The notes: generated by a model from the sequence alone, not told the origin. Shown: positions 31,866-53,659, counted from the stretch's first letter. The stretch is 64,000 bases of DNA from Macrostomum lignano (GCA_002269645.1 NIVC01000511.1:26125-90124); one strand, 5' to 3'. Numbers and translations: made by a program.

Positions 31866-32758
31866 AATCTGAGTAGGCATTGGGAAGAGCGGAGGGCGAA
31901 GACTGGATGGATTGAAGCTTCCGCCCGGTTTTCATCGTTTTTTCAAGCATTTTTAATGTCAAAATCGTTGGCCAGGTGATAGAGGCTGGTCGAAAGACAC
32001 TGCTCACTGGGGCAAAGGGTGGCGACTTTTCAACGTTGCTGAGTATATTTAGTCAACTGTCCCATGTTGCCTGATCAAGATCAAGTACTATATGCATCCC
32101 TATAAGTAGCATATCAGTAATGTAGATTTCTGCAATGCATCAATTTAATTTATTTTTATTATTCAGCCCACTGAAAAGCTGGATCGATATGAATCCTGCA
32201 ATACTATTGCTTATAAAATGCAATACAGTCTTACTAGATAGCCAACAAACTTATTGCTGGGAGTTGATAAACTCAAAATATAGTTGATCAGACGGCCTCA
32301 TGCCCTGCGCACATCCGCCACGGTGAGTTTCCGTCTAACTTTAATATAGGAGTCCGGATTGACCAGCCAAGCCAGCTGCACAGAGGCCAGTATGATCTTC
32401 AGGTGCAGGTTAGTCAGCAAGCAGATCCGCTGCTGCCCGTAGTTCAGGCTGCTGTTCTGCTGACTCCAGTGGACGCTGAAGCCCAGCCCGACAAGCAGTG
32501 CGGTGACAGACACTGAGGCGAAGACAATTAAAGCTATCAGGGCTGCTCCGAGTGACATAGTTCCAGTATTTTTAGAATATTTTCTTATTAACTTTGTTCA
32601 AAAGGCAATAATCCATCGAAAGCAAGGATTGCTAATCTCGGGGAACGCTGTCTGTGGCCAAGGCTCTGGGTTTTCCTACAGAACTATTGCTATTCATATT
32701 GTAGAGTAGCTCTTTCCTGAACCCTGTGACGGGCGCCTTTCACAAGCGCAGAACTTCA

Positions 32759-33071
32759 CAATAATAATAATTGATTACACCTGCCCCAATTGGGCCAGGT
32801 GTGCAACCGGCAGCTCAGCCGCAGCTATTGCGCGGCGAATCTGAAGGCTGCGTACGGCTGTTCAGTCCAAGGACTGGGAGGGGGAGGGTCGCCAAACACA
32901 ACCCTCAATTACCCCAGCTAATGCTGGCACCCATTTTACAGCTGGGTGAACTGAAGCAATGCAGAGTTAAGTGTCTTGCCCAAGGACACAAATTGTTCCA
33001 GTAGGATCGGGAATCGAACACCCGACCTTCAAGTCGAGAGTCCGACGCTCTAACCACTAGGCTACAACCCC
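32759..33071 (-). mobile_element. tRNA-derived CORE-type SINE, copy 1
   Basis: - strand: A box TAGCCTAGTGG, B box GTTCGATTCC, MIR-like CORE (TGTCCTTGGGCAAGACACTTAAC...CTGTAAAATGGG) and (TTA)n tail. Confidence 0.85.
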
Positions 33072-33084
33072 CTTCAAATTTAAG

Positions 33085-33487
33085 CTCGAATGACGAAGCT
33101 TTAAAGCTTGAAACTTCACAAACTCGAAAATTCACAAGCTCAAAGCTTTAAAGCTTGAAACTTCACAAGCTCGAAGCTTTAAAGCGTGAAACTTCACAAA
33201 CTCGAAAATTCACAAGCTCAAAGCTTTAAAGCTTGAAACTTCACAAGCTCGAACCTTTAAAGCTTGAAACTTCGCAAACTCGAAACTTCACAAGCTCGAA
33301 GCTTTAAAGCTTGAAACTTCACAAACTCGAAAATTCACAAGCTCAAAGCTTTAAAGCTTGAAACTTCACAAGCTCGAAGCTTTAAAGCTTGAAAATTCAC
33401 AAGCTCGAAGCTTCAAAGCTGAAACTTCCCAAGCTCGAAAATTCACAAGCTCGAAGCTTTAAAGCTTGAAACTTCACAAGCTCGAAG
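33085..33487. repeat. Degenerate minisatellite AAGCTCGAAGCTTTAAAGCTTGAAACTTCAC
   Basis: About 13 variable ~31-bp units; a related short array lies at ~51815-51875. Confidence 0.85.
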
Positions 33488-34106
33488 CATTTGCGGTTAT
33501 TTTCAGGATCAGGATGCCGCAAGCGGCCCAACGCAGCGCATTGCCGTTAGCTAAAAAATTAAACTAATTCGAGCTCGTGAAGTGTCGTGACCCAGGAAGA
33601 GGCAAAAAAATTGCAACGCAACATTCAAACACAGCAGAAGACTCAGTTTGCTACCATTAGATTTTTATTTACTATTTAATGATCCAGTGTTTATTATTAA
33701 AATCGCGACAATACTGTACTATATTCAAAGAGTAAAACAAAGACAGATTTGAATATCGCAGAATTAAAATGATTAATTTTCAGGTCCAATTACCACAAAA
33801 GCCTGTCTATAACAAAGGAAAATGAATGTAATGAGGAATATTCTGAATAGATATGGGATGCCGCACATTATAGTTTAATCATCCGAGATCAAAGAATACA
33901 AAAAGAGAAGACTCAAAGTTGATAAAATTTTAGCTTATCAGACAGTCTTAAAACAGGGCAGGTGATCAAAATCTCTAAGACAACAGAGCAGGCGGAACTT
34001 CTCGAGTATTCTAGGAATTATTTTATTGAGTCGGGCGTTTACAAAAAACTCTACCAGCTTTTGTCATGCGCACAGAATTTACAGTTTCACCCTGCCAATC
34101 AGGACT

Positions 34107-36938
34107 TCAAATCGTGTCGGCCGGCTTCTCCGGCAGCAGCAGTTGCTGCTTTTTCCCAATCAGAATGTCGCCAGACTGAATGGACGGCGGCGGCTGCTGT
34201 GGAAATTTTCAAGTTTGGGATAATGCTTGTTGAATTATGATGTTTTTATGTTTAACTGACTTGTCTCTCTAGCTGATCACAAAAAAATCACAAAATGGCA
34301 CAGATCAGATCCAAAATGGCACAGATCAGATCCAAAATGGCACAGATCAGATCTAAAATGGCACAGATCAGATCCAAAATGGCACAGATCAGATCCAAAA
34401 TGGCACAGATCAGATCTAAAATGGCACAGATCAGATCCAAAATGGCACAGATCAGATCTAAAATGGCACAGATCAGACCCAAAATGGCACAGATCAGATC
34501 CAAAATGGCACAGATCAGATCTAAAATGGCACAGATCAGATCCAAAATGGCACAGATCAGATCTAAAATGGCACAGATCAGATCCAAAATGGCACAGATC
34601 AGATCCAAAATGGCACAGATCAGATCCAAAATGGCACAGATCAGATCCAAAATGGCACAGATCAGATCTAAAATGGCACAAATCAGATCCAAAATGGCAC
34701 AGATCAGACCCAAAATGGCACAGATCAGATCTAAAATGGCACAGATCAGATCTAAAATGGCACAGATCAGATCCAAAATGGCACAGATCATCCAGAATGG
34801 GACAGCCTATTACGAAGAACCTTCAGGATCTTCAAGCCCAACACGCCATGCCGCCTCACCCGCTTGACGATGGCGCTGCGCAGCACGCGAATCTGGCGCT
34901 GATTGGTTGAGCGGGCCAGGCTGCAGCAGAGGCACAGCAGGCCAATCAGCGAAGCAATCAGGATGCCGCAGGCGGCCCAACGCAGCGCCACGCGGGTCCT
35001 ATGGGACAGGTGCCTGTAGCGAAGAATCGAAGAGTGCGGATGATCGAACCAGTAGCTGGCAAACGGAGACCTGCGATGCGAGTCCGCCTGCACGGCGACC
35101 TGGCGAGGACCGCCGCCCGTCAGCCGGGCGAGTCGAAGTGGAATGGCGCGCTCGGCCAGCTCAACCAGGTAGCGAGGCCGCCCGTCTGGCCCGGCCGGCA
35201 TTGGGCGGATGTGGATTCGTACCGCGTGTAACCAGACGCTGCCCACTGCGGCCTGCGGGCCACGGGTTGTAGTACAGGATGGGGCACAGATTGCAGTACA
35301 GGATTGGGCACAGATTGCAGTACAGGGTGGGGCACAGATTGCAGTACAGGATGGGGCACAGATTGCAGTACAGGGTGGGGCACAGATTGCAGTACAGTCC
35401 TACCTGCTGCTGCTGCATTGGCCACGCCCGATCGAAGAGCCGCCAGTGCCGAGGCGAAGGCGAGTGCACAATGGGGGGCCTGGCAAGCCCCATCAGCACA
35501 GCCAGCTTGGCCGAGTGGCCATCCAGGTGGCGCTGGCGGAAGACATGGTCCTGCTGTGCACAACCAGCAGCGCAGGCCTCAGTTTTAGCATCAGAGCTGC
35601 CCCCGCTAGTGCAGGACTTGGCACAGAGGCTGGCAGTCTCGGTCCGGGCCACAATGGGATCATGTGCTAAGAAGATCATGCCATATAGTCTGCAGCCTCG
35701 CATACAGGACTGAGTGAAGTGAAGAGAAACAAAGAGAATTCATGTATTTTTAGGCGAAATAAACATTGCTTTTTTAATAGTATTTCTCTAAAGCTTTTAG
35801 CAAACAGCTTTTAATTAGGACTAAATGTGGCTATCAACTAAAAAAGTTGAACTAGTATAAATTTATTGAATTTTTAAAGTTATAATACAAGTCAAATGTC
35901 AATTTAAAATTCTAGTATTTTGGAAAGAATACTTATGACTTTTTATGAATGTTCAAATATAATTATAGCTCTAGCATATGACAATAGCAATAAAATGAGT
36001 ACTATAATAGCTATAGATATACCAGATATGATTTGAGAGATAATAACAGAAATCAATAAAAAGGAATAGGTACAAGTAATTTTTTAATGATAATAATAAG
36101 TGCAAAATTAATAAATTTGCTTTATTTCATAGTCAATAGTAAAGATAAAAATAAAAATGCTTAAACATACTATAAATAGTCTATTAAATTAAACATTATA
36201 ATCATATATAAATTTTGTATGACAATATTATATTTATTTTATTTATTTTAAATTCTAACTTTTTATCTAAAACATCCAATTTTGATAAAAACTTTGTTAA
36301 CCAAAACATCTAATTGCCTGCCTTTTTGGTTTTATATAGTTTTGATAAGTTAGAATATAATAATAGCCCATAGTTAGTGTTCAAGTAATGCAAAGATTGT
36401 CCCTATATTCTATAAAATTTATTCTAGTACACAAAAGTGCCACCTTCCTGACTATGGCCTTACTAGGAACTATATGAGCTACACATATAAACAACTGCTC
36501 CATATATTTGAGGCTATGACTGATTTACTAAGTCATTGTGATTGACAAATATATTGATTTAGAAAGAAGTCATAGTTTTGCCATTGACTATGCCATAAGC
36601 CTTAGGCTTAGGAGTCTAGGACCCCATTAAATTATAGAAGAACACAAGTTTTATTTATATCTAAATTACTTCCATGACTGCTAAATTAGTTTCTATTTAA
36701 ATATTCATGAGTACAATCATGGATGATTGTAGTCAATGGATGATCGCAATTATTTTTATTCAACGATTTATACAAAAGACGAAATTTAAATGATTCCTAA
36801 ACTTACCGAGCGCAATTCAGAAGTATGGAACTTCGAAATACAAGACTTGCAGCACATTTCATGTTCGTTTTCAACTGCAGCAGAAAATCTGGTAATCACC
36901 ATAAGCAGTACAATTGTCACACAACTGTACAATTGCAT
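34107..36938 (-). CDS. TMEM59: TMEM59/TMEM59L (BSMAP-domain) type I membrane protein, complete, 306 aa
   Basis: Exons 36938-36807 (signal peptide, CCKSC), 35709-35404 (SCMRGCRLY...CAKSC...ACAAGC, matching the TMEM59 ACQRGCRL...CESAC...ACHLGC Cys pattern), 35252-34860 (TM ending LLCLCC) and 34196-34107 (SIQSGDIL...TGA). All phase 0, GT-AG. Confidence 0.85.
34293..34790. repeat. Intronic minisatellite, 21-bp unit AAAATGGCACAGATCAGATCC
   Basis: About 24 copies in TMEM59 intron 3. Confidence 0.95.
35270..35398. repeat. Intronic minisatellite, 24-bp unit GGGGCACAGATTGCAGTACAGGAT
   Basis: About 5 copies filling TMEM59 intron 2. Confidence 0.9.
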
Positions 36939-37374
36939 CGTGCGTATTTTTCGTTTAATAAACGAAACAATAAATAAAAAGAAATTACTATTCTTTAAAG
37001 AATAATTCTTTACAGCTTTATTACAAACAAAAGCAACAAATTTCCAAGCCTGTAAACTTACTTGCACTTTTTAAAATAAGCTCTTTTAAATACAATTCAT
37101 AAAATGCACTTAAAAGATATTACGCCTTATACAGAAGTCATAAATTGGTATCTTAGTTGGCATTTAAATATAAATTATTATTTAAGAAAGGAATATTCTT
37201 TTCACAGGTTTTTACCCTCAAATATACTGGTAGCCTGCATACATTGTTTAAACTATAAGTCGTTTTAGAACGGAAATAAACTGAATTTAGAATACGATAC
37301 TATAGTCAATAATATTATATATTATGCTTTATGCCTTCTGCGTACGAAAATTCTCCATTGTAATGCTTTCCCAT

Positions 37375-37378
<4 letters not shown>

Positions 37379-37433
<55 letters not shown>
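37379..37433. repeat. (TATC)n microsatellite
   Basis: Directly visible; abuts the mariner TIR-like end. Confidence 0.95.
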
Positions 37434-37435
<2 letters not shown>

Positions 37436-38105
37436 GGGCTGTTAGGAAAGTTCTGTCCTTTTTGGGTGTAATAGGTTCGAGCGAGTTTTCATAGGAATGC
37501 AGCAATGTTACTCAGTAAAATAATTGCCATCACAATCGATGACCCTCTGCCAACGAGAGGGTAGACTTTCGATGCCAGCTCTGTAGAAGTCCTTGGGCTG
37601 TGATGCAAACAAGTTTAGCGATGCAGTCCTTGACCCCTTTGTCATCTTCAAACGTTTTTTCCTTTAGATGATGGTGCAGCGCTCCTCGCTCGAAACAGAT
37701 GGTAGTCTGTATAGGGGCCAGGTCGGGGCTGTATGGTGGGTGGGGCAGCACTTCCCAGCCCATATCTAGCAGATTTTGCCGGGTCAAATTAGCGGTGTGC
37801 GGCCGAGCGTTATCGAAGGAAGCGAACATGCTGACATCCTGGACGCTGTGTGCGAAGGCAGTCGGCCACAATTCTGCAGTTGGTGACAGTAGAGCTCGGC
37901 GGTAATGCTGGTGTTGGGCGGCAGCAGCTCGAAGTCAACTCCTTCACTGTCCCACGAACAGCACAGCATCATCTCTTAGGGTGCAGTGGGGCCTTTGGCT
38001 CTGGCTGTGGCGGCTTGCCGGCATCAACCCACTGGCGCTTGTGGTGTATATTAATATACAGCACCCACTTCTCATCACCAGCTTGAGTATGGAGGCCAGC
38101 CAGTC
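37434..38105 (-). mobile_element. Mariner (DD34D) transposon relic, 5'-truncated and frameshifted
   Basis: GDEKWVLYIN...WVDAGKP...PKAPLHPK, MLCCSWD, DNARPH, HPPYSPDLAP, RWQRVIDCDGNYF-TAA; TIR-like TTGGGCTGTTAGGAAAGTTCTGTCC at 37434. Confidence 0.9.
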
Positions 38106-38111
38106 TGTTGT

Positions 38112-38323
<212 letters not shown>

Positions 38324-38888
38324 GATGAGGACGCACTTTTTCCCAAATCCCGCGCTAGCACATGGGCTCTAAACTTACTTGCCTACTAACAGTGGGCAAT
38401 GGGCATTTTTATCCTTTTTCTACGAATTTTCATAGAATCTATACTAGATATAATGTCTGGTCATACTAGTAGTCATAATAACATAGGCGCAGCTTTTTGG
38501 GTCATAAATCATCGCTTTCGAAGTTGGTCTGACAGCCACCTGCGCCTCACTCAGTGTTGAAGCGGGCGCCAGATGGTCTGAGAGGATGCGGGCGGTAGCT
38601 TTTTTCTCATCATTTTGACAGGCCATCAAGATTTATGAGGTCAGAGCCTATTGTTCGTGTTCACTCAAGCGTGTGACAGCTTTGACAGCTATGCGTTTTA
38701 CCCCTAAAAGTACCTTGGGATTAGCGATTAGCAATTTCTCTTCATTATCTTCACTTTCTATTTAATAAGAGCTTTCTAATGTATATTTTTTCATTAATTT
38801 CTGTCAATCCTACGCGAAAAGTCATAAATCATTTTGTTGCGATTTTGAGTGATTTATGGCCGCACCTGTCATCTTTTTACGACCCTGT

Positions 38889-39055
38889 GGGAACTGATAG
38901 GATCTCTCGGTCACGTGATTCTGTGTAGCATCAAGCTTAGCCAATCAGAAAATTCGGCGCTCATTTTAACAAAACGGCTCAGCCAATCAGAATCGACGTG
39001 TTCCATTATAACAAACTGCGGTCCAGTTGGCGGCTATTTAAACCGGAGTTTTTGG
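38889..39055 (+). promoter_or_regulatory. Promoter-like cluster: E-box TCACGTGA, two AGCCAATCAG CCAAT boxes, TATTTAAA
   Basis: Motif order resembles a Pol II promoter or LTR U3, but no ORF or LTR pair was identified. Confidence 0.35.
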
Positions 39056-40307
39056 CCCGCTCGGACTCAACTTTGGCTCGGGCCCAGCGCGCAACTTCTG
39101 GTTCCCAGAGCACGACCGTCGTTTCTTGATCCCCGGATTGCGACTTCCCCCCATCATCATCAAGGACGAGTCCCCCGGTCATCAGCAGCGAACATCAAGT
39201 TAAGAGCATCACCTGCTAGCTAACAGCGAAGATTGTGACAGCATCATCCCGAGTCTACAGCTGCAGAGCATCGAGCCGATTCGGTCACTGTGGATTACCT
39301 GGTCTCCGGCTGTTGAGTTTCTGATTGGTTGGGTGAGAGGCTACCTAGACTTGCTTGATTGGGTGATCCCTTATCTGTCCCCTGTTTCAGTAGCTGGATT
39401 AGGCGCACACTTTTGCTCTTTTGTTCAGTAGTGCTGTTGCTGAGGCAGGAATCATTCAATAATACTGCTAGTAGTCTAAGACTCCAATTCAATCTGAAGT
39501 GTGAAGTGAACTAAGGAGAAGGTTAAATCTAAGTTATTTTTATCGGTTTTATTTCTTTGTTTGCCGATGGCTCAGATGAGTAGCTAAGCTAGTAGGCGCC
39601 GGTCACAGTGGACCAATGGCAAGGCAGTTCTCAGTCGACCAATCTATCAAATCAGTGAGCAAAACTGCCAGAAGTGCAGAATCGGCGCCAGAGATGTACT
39701 TTGTGCACTCTAGGGTGGCCAAGCGGCTCGGGTAAATGAATCATGCGGTCTCTGAAGTTCGAGTTAGTCTATCATCAGCGCTATGAGAGGCTAGTTGCTT
39801 GAAGGCCAAAAGTACATATCTTCGTATTTAGCAATGTAATAGTACATGTAGCTACCCTATAGACTCGCCACTGCAAGAATCCCCTGCACAAGTCCCCTCT
39901 GTACCTGCATGGCCAATGCGATCTAGTCCCAGCAGTGTCCCTTATCATCGGCTATGACTTCGAGATTGACAGCAAAAAGACACTAGTTGGCAGGTAAGTG
40001 CAAAGCCCCTTCTAGTCGGAAGCCCGATTTCGAGAGTCCCGGTGTGGTGAGCCAGGGCGCACGGGCTGGTGGCAGCAAGTTAGTTGATCTGCGGATTAGC
40101 TAATTTCTACTTTCAAAATTCTCCCTGCTCGTCTCTCGCTGTCCCTCTTTTAGCTATAGGACCTAGACTGCTCGCCACACGATCAAGCTACCATGGGGCT
40201 GACCATCTGACAGGAGTGGGGGGCCAGGTCTCTAATTGATTTATTTCTGAGCCTGAGGCCCGAAGGCTTCCCTAACAAGGAGCCCGAAGGTCGAAACCCA
40301 TCAATCA

Positions 40308-41193
<886 letters not shown>

Positions 41194-42095
41194 AGATATA
41201 TCTAATCATCATCATCCATTATTCACAGGTGCCACTTTCACTCCTTATATCAGCCCGTAAAAGTGACGCAGTGGGTATGAGAATCAACGTTGTCTTGTAG
41301 TCAAACGCGTTCCAAAAATAAAACAAAATAGTGCGTTGTACATTAAGACAACTGGTTAGTACAACGATGAAACACTTAAAACCTATGGAAATTGATTTAA
41401 AAGGCCCAATTTCGCTGCTATAGCTTATAAATAAACTGGGTGTATTTAGAAATACGCACGTACAATCTTTTTAATGTATTTTGAAGAGATTGCATAGGTT
41501 TTCCAAAAATGATCGTAATTTTGAAGTGAGTTTCGTCCTAAAACAGTGACTCTGTGTATTTAGGATTAAGTGCAGCCTTCTAAGAAAGACACAAATGAGA
41601 CAAATTTTGTCTTTAACTGTGAAAACATCTAGCTCGTAAATATATAATTGTATCGCGTCAAAAGCATATGAATATTAACAAAAATATTTTTGCAACAAAC
41701 AAACAAATATTCGAATGCTTAATATAAACATCAAAAGCTATGAAAATAAAGCATAATCAAGCTGACCAAAAATATACATCTAATAAAGTGATATGACTTA
41801 TTGGAATGAATTTCTTGAGAAGCACGGAATAAACTTTTCTATATGCAAACAACTAAACAACAAATGTATATTGTACAATGGGCATGCAACACACAGTCAC
41901 ACACGTTATGGAGAAATTCCTTTGTTGACAACAAACAGACCAAAGCTAGAATGGGTTAAAGGAACATCTTTTTTACAAGCAGTCTTTCCCTTATTTGGCA
42001 GAAAACTAAAAGTTACGGAACATGATTTTCTCGAAATCGAAGCAAATCAAAGCAAGTGAAAATGTGCATGCAGCTATTTTCACAGGGCCCCGCAA

Positions 42096-49695
<7,600 letters not shown>

Positions 49696-50823
49696 ATTGT
49701 TTTGCCGTTGCTACACTCGTCGCGTCTGGGTGAAAGTCCTTGCTTTGTTTTTGTGTTGTCAATTATGCCGCCGCTAAGAGCTATGTGATTTAGGCTCCGG
49801 CAGAGGGGGAGTTGCCGTGCGGAAAAATCTGCGTGCAAAGGCCCGGGACGCTCACCTATATGCTCCGGTTGCATCTATCGAGGCAAGGAGGGAGGGGTTA
49901 GGAAAAAAGGACCGGGAACACGCCCCGTGCGAGATTCCCTTTTTTTCGCTTGCGGGCCAATCCCGCAGCATGTAAACAATTCTCAAATGAACCCTCCCCA
50001 GCTGTCCATTGCCCTTCCAGCTACTCGTAGGAGTCGTAGCTCTATTCCCCCCCCCGTTTGCTTTCCCGATCGCTCTCTCTTCCCCTCATTTTGTCCCGGG
50101 CAGAAAAATTTAAATAACAGTTTCTGTGGATATTTAGGCCAGTGAAGCGTCCTTGTACTGAACTCATGCACGGAAGAATACAAAAAATACAAGTGGGAAT
50201 TAGCAGCTATTCTATCGTACCTGCCAATTATTTGTTGTTACTTGTCGAAAACTTTTAATAACTAAACTATATTTGTGACATCGTGATATGCAAAGATCTG
50301 AACCTTCAATGAATTTACAGCGAAAAAAAAGTTCACGATGAAACTTTGGAAACCTGCAAGTGATGCATCTGTATTTCATCATTATAAAATGAAAAATGCT
50401 TGCTTTTGACTTTGCCAATTCCTAGGGCAGGAACACGCTGCTGTCTGTTTTACAGAAACATGATTCCGTATCTCATTTTGTACTTCTGTGTGAGTAAGAA
50501 GGCAAAGCAAGCAGAGTACTGAAGCAGTAAAAGTGTACTGTGACCTAGTTTAATCGATGAAATATGTAACGAATTGGCACCGGCTTTGATAATTGCCGGG
50601 TAGTACGCAACTGCAGGCACTCCCGTTCCATTTATTTTAATTTGTTCTTGCTTTGTTTTTAGTCATCCTATAGATTTCAGTGGGCAAATATGAATTGCTT
50701 TCAAAGCTGAACTGAATGGGGTCTTCGATTGTAACAGCATAATATTTTTACTGTGGTAATGTAGCTCGCTTTAAAATTAGCAAAAGAGCAAACGTCAAAA
50801 CAAACATTTAATCTATTTAAACT

Positions 50824-50860
50824 GCCGACGCGTTTCGTCCAAAGCGGACATCTTCAGGGC
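50824..50860 (-). ncRNA. Minimal type I hammerhead ribozyme
   Basis: GCC-CUGAAGA-U-GUCC/GCUUU/GGAC-GAAA-CGCGUC-GGC: intact core, stem II, palindromic ACGCGU stem III and GUC cleavage triplet. Confidence 0.88.
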
Positions 50861-51220
50861 AAACGAACCATCGAAAACACAAACGAGAATGTATTTAAAT
50901 TAAATCGAAAAATATTGAGCGAACAAAAAACAGAAAGAACGAAAAACATGTACATGCTGTAAACTTTTAACTAACAAACCAATCAGTTAAGAGGGTGCAC
51001 CCACCTCACCACCGCGCACAACGAGATAAAAAAATTCTGAGTTGTTGCTCCATACCTTTACTCACAAGCTGAACGTTTAAGGATTGTACTTCCTAATGTA
51101 CGTAGACTCCAACAATTTTAGTTTTCTATCATTGTTACATCCGTCCATCACCTTGAACAACTGCATAGGCTCACAGTCACAACACGCCTTGCACACGAAT
51201 AGGTGGTCGATGGTTCGTTT

Positions 51221-51257
51221 GCCCTGAAGATGTCCGCTTTGGATGAAACGCATCGGC
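51221..51257 (+). ncRNA. Minimal type I hammerhead ribozyme, inverted variant copy
   Basis: GCC-CUGAAGA-U-GUCCGCUUUGGAU-GAAA-CGCAUC-GGC; two substitutions relative to the first copy. Confidence 0.75.
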
Positions 51258-53659
51258 AGTTTAAATAGATTAAATGTTTGTTTTGACGTTTGCTCTTTTG
51301 CTAATAATATTTTTAGCGCGACAAGGTCAGGTTCAAGCCCATCGCTGTGCCGCTTGTTGTCAGCGCTCCCATCTGCCCTTTCCGCTCTCTCATTTTCCCA
51401 TTCTGACGCTTGAGAAAATCAAAATCAAAGCGCTGTCTATTTATAGGACAAATTTATCCTTTCTTCGCCCCCGTCGACATTTCCGCACGCTCCCATCCTC
51501 GTCTTGTCCGCTCCTGTTTGCCTAGCAACCCTGCCCGACTGTCTCTTCCCGCTTTTAATGAAGGCTCATTTGCCTTTCTCTGCGTTTCACTTCCTTCCCA
51601 TTGCTGGTGCTGTCTGCAATTTCAAGGCCGCAGGAAGGTGGGCGGCAGTAGGCCTTTCCGCTTCCTTGTTTTGTCTGTTTGATATTTGCAACTGGATTTT
51701 GTGCCTGTGAAGATAGTTATTAAGTCATACTCAATCACTGGTGGACACAGGAGGCGTGGATTTGGCTACCGGTATGGCTAAAACCCACCTCAGCGTGGGC
51801 GTTTCACAAGCACAAAGTTTTCACAAGCTCGAAACTTCACAAGCTCGAAACTTCACAACCTTGAAACTTCACAAACTACTTTAAACTACTCTTTCTTAGT
51901 GCGAGTTATTTCTGCTGGAATCTATCGCTCCGAAAATTTCATTTTCAAATCAGTTTTGTAAAGCCAATTTATAACAATGATTGAACTTTTTATGGCTAAT
52001 CGCTTTATAAGTTTTTTTTTTGTTTTTCTAGCTTATAAATGTAACTGACTTTTCGACGATATGAAGCTTAAAGTTTGTGAGGTTAAAGCTTATGAAGTTT
52101 CAACCTGATGGGGTTTATCAGTAGAACTACCAATAGAGGGAATTCCTGAGAATATGTTTTCAGCTGAGAATGAACATGGAGTTGGGGTTTGCCCACTGTC
52201 GAGGCTTGATCAGTGAAATTCGAAAAATTTGCATCAGAGTGTCCATATTCACCTGGAGCCCCCTGTTGAATGTCCAGAAGCTCCGTCTGGGTGAAGGCCA
52301 GTGACCAATGAAGTCAGCTGATGCAGGCACCTGTGGTCAACGCGCAGATGAACTTTGGAGGCTTGGCAAGGCTGCACTGAGGCACAGTGCTGATTGGCGC
52401 ACAGGGATGTACTAAATACACTGGCGCTTATGGAAAAAAATCGGACTTTCTGGCAGAATCCTCGAATATCTCGACGGTCCGGAGGGTTGGCGACTTGATT
52501 CTTGATTGAGAAGGTTAGCTCAAAAAGTCAGCCCGTGTTCTTGAGTTTCCTGTGCCTGCGTTGCTGCGTTCCGGAGCATTGTTGGCGGAAGGGGGGATTC
52601 CCCCCTTGGTAGTTTGGCGGGCGGAAAAATGGCTTGGTATTCCTACTGTAATTAGAGTGCAGCTTCTATGGAACGCACGTTGATAGTCATATATTTTTAT
52701 AATACGTACTCGATGTCCTTCTCTTGCTTGACTTCACAGTTACCAAACCAATTACCGGAGTATTGGTAAACACCAAGCAGTACATGGAGTATCGCTTGAC
52801 TTGAGGTTAAGCGACTGGTTTGGGACTCCGGAAGAGAGACAGTCAGCATGAGTGCCCTGCAGAGCTGGCAGACAGTTCTTGTGGTATGAAATAACATAAT
52901 CCGATCAAACCGGACTCTCCCACCCCTAATCTAAGGAGAGAGAAGAATCGGGAAGGTGGGAGGAAATCAGGAACTGGTTAAGTCTTCTTACGAGCGTACT
53001 ATGCAAAAAAGCAGACAGTTTCTGCTGAGGTGAATTTTCTACTCTCGGAAACGAGCCACAACGAATATGCAGGCATGCTGATAAAGTGAGTGCGATTAAC
53101 TTGTTTATTCGTCTAAGAATAGTTCTACGGATAGCTTTTTACAACTTCATAATAACTGTGAAGCCCTACTGACAGTAGCAATGCCTGATAACGAAGCCTT
53201 CTTCTAGAAAAATGCTACTTCTTTTTAGTAGCGCACAGTCACAAGAGCCTATAGGCCATTGAGACTAAATTATTCAGCAGTATGATGATGCAGCATTTGA
53301 GAATGGATAGAAGAAGCCAGCTGGAGCTTGAGCATGCACACGTCTGGGCCAGCAGCAGTGGCGGACACCCTCCAAGAAGGGACTCACACTGACATGAGCA
53401 ACCAGTAGGAGCCCCGGGGGCCCCTGGACCCATGCCCTGACCTGGGAGCGACCATTGGTCCGCACCAGCACAGACAGTAGCAATCTATGTCTTCCGGAGA
53501 TACGCCGCCCGCCGAGCCAGGCAACCTCCACCATGTCCTGCGCCTCCTGGGGTTGGTAAAGCCAAGGACACCACATGCCACGGAATGCCGTCTCCTGGGG
53601 GTGGTAAAGCCAAGGACACCACATGCCACGGAATGCCGCCTCCTGGGGACACCCAGAGC

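Larger units (their letters stand above)
50776..51305 (-). mobile_element. Penelope-like element fragment: GIY-YIG endonuclease C-terminus between two inverted 99-bp pLTR copies
   Basis: - strand 51206-51025: DHLFVCKAC...FKVMDGCNNDRKLKLLESTYIRKYNP/LNVQ...LRIF. Inverted repeats at 50776-50874 and 51207-51305. Confidence 0.85.

Noticed and set aside
32995-33071. tRNA gene (also 55985-56057 and 56203-56264)
   Set aside because: A and B boxes are present but acceptor and anticodon stems are broken and the heads run into SINE bodies; called as SINEs.
40245-40300. Possible hammerhead (CTGAG...GCCCGAAGG...CGAAAC)
   Set aside because: No intact CUGANGA core adjoining stem II and no stem I/III pairing.
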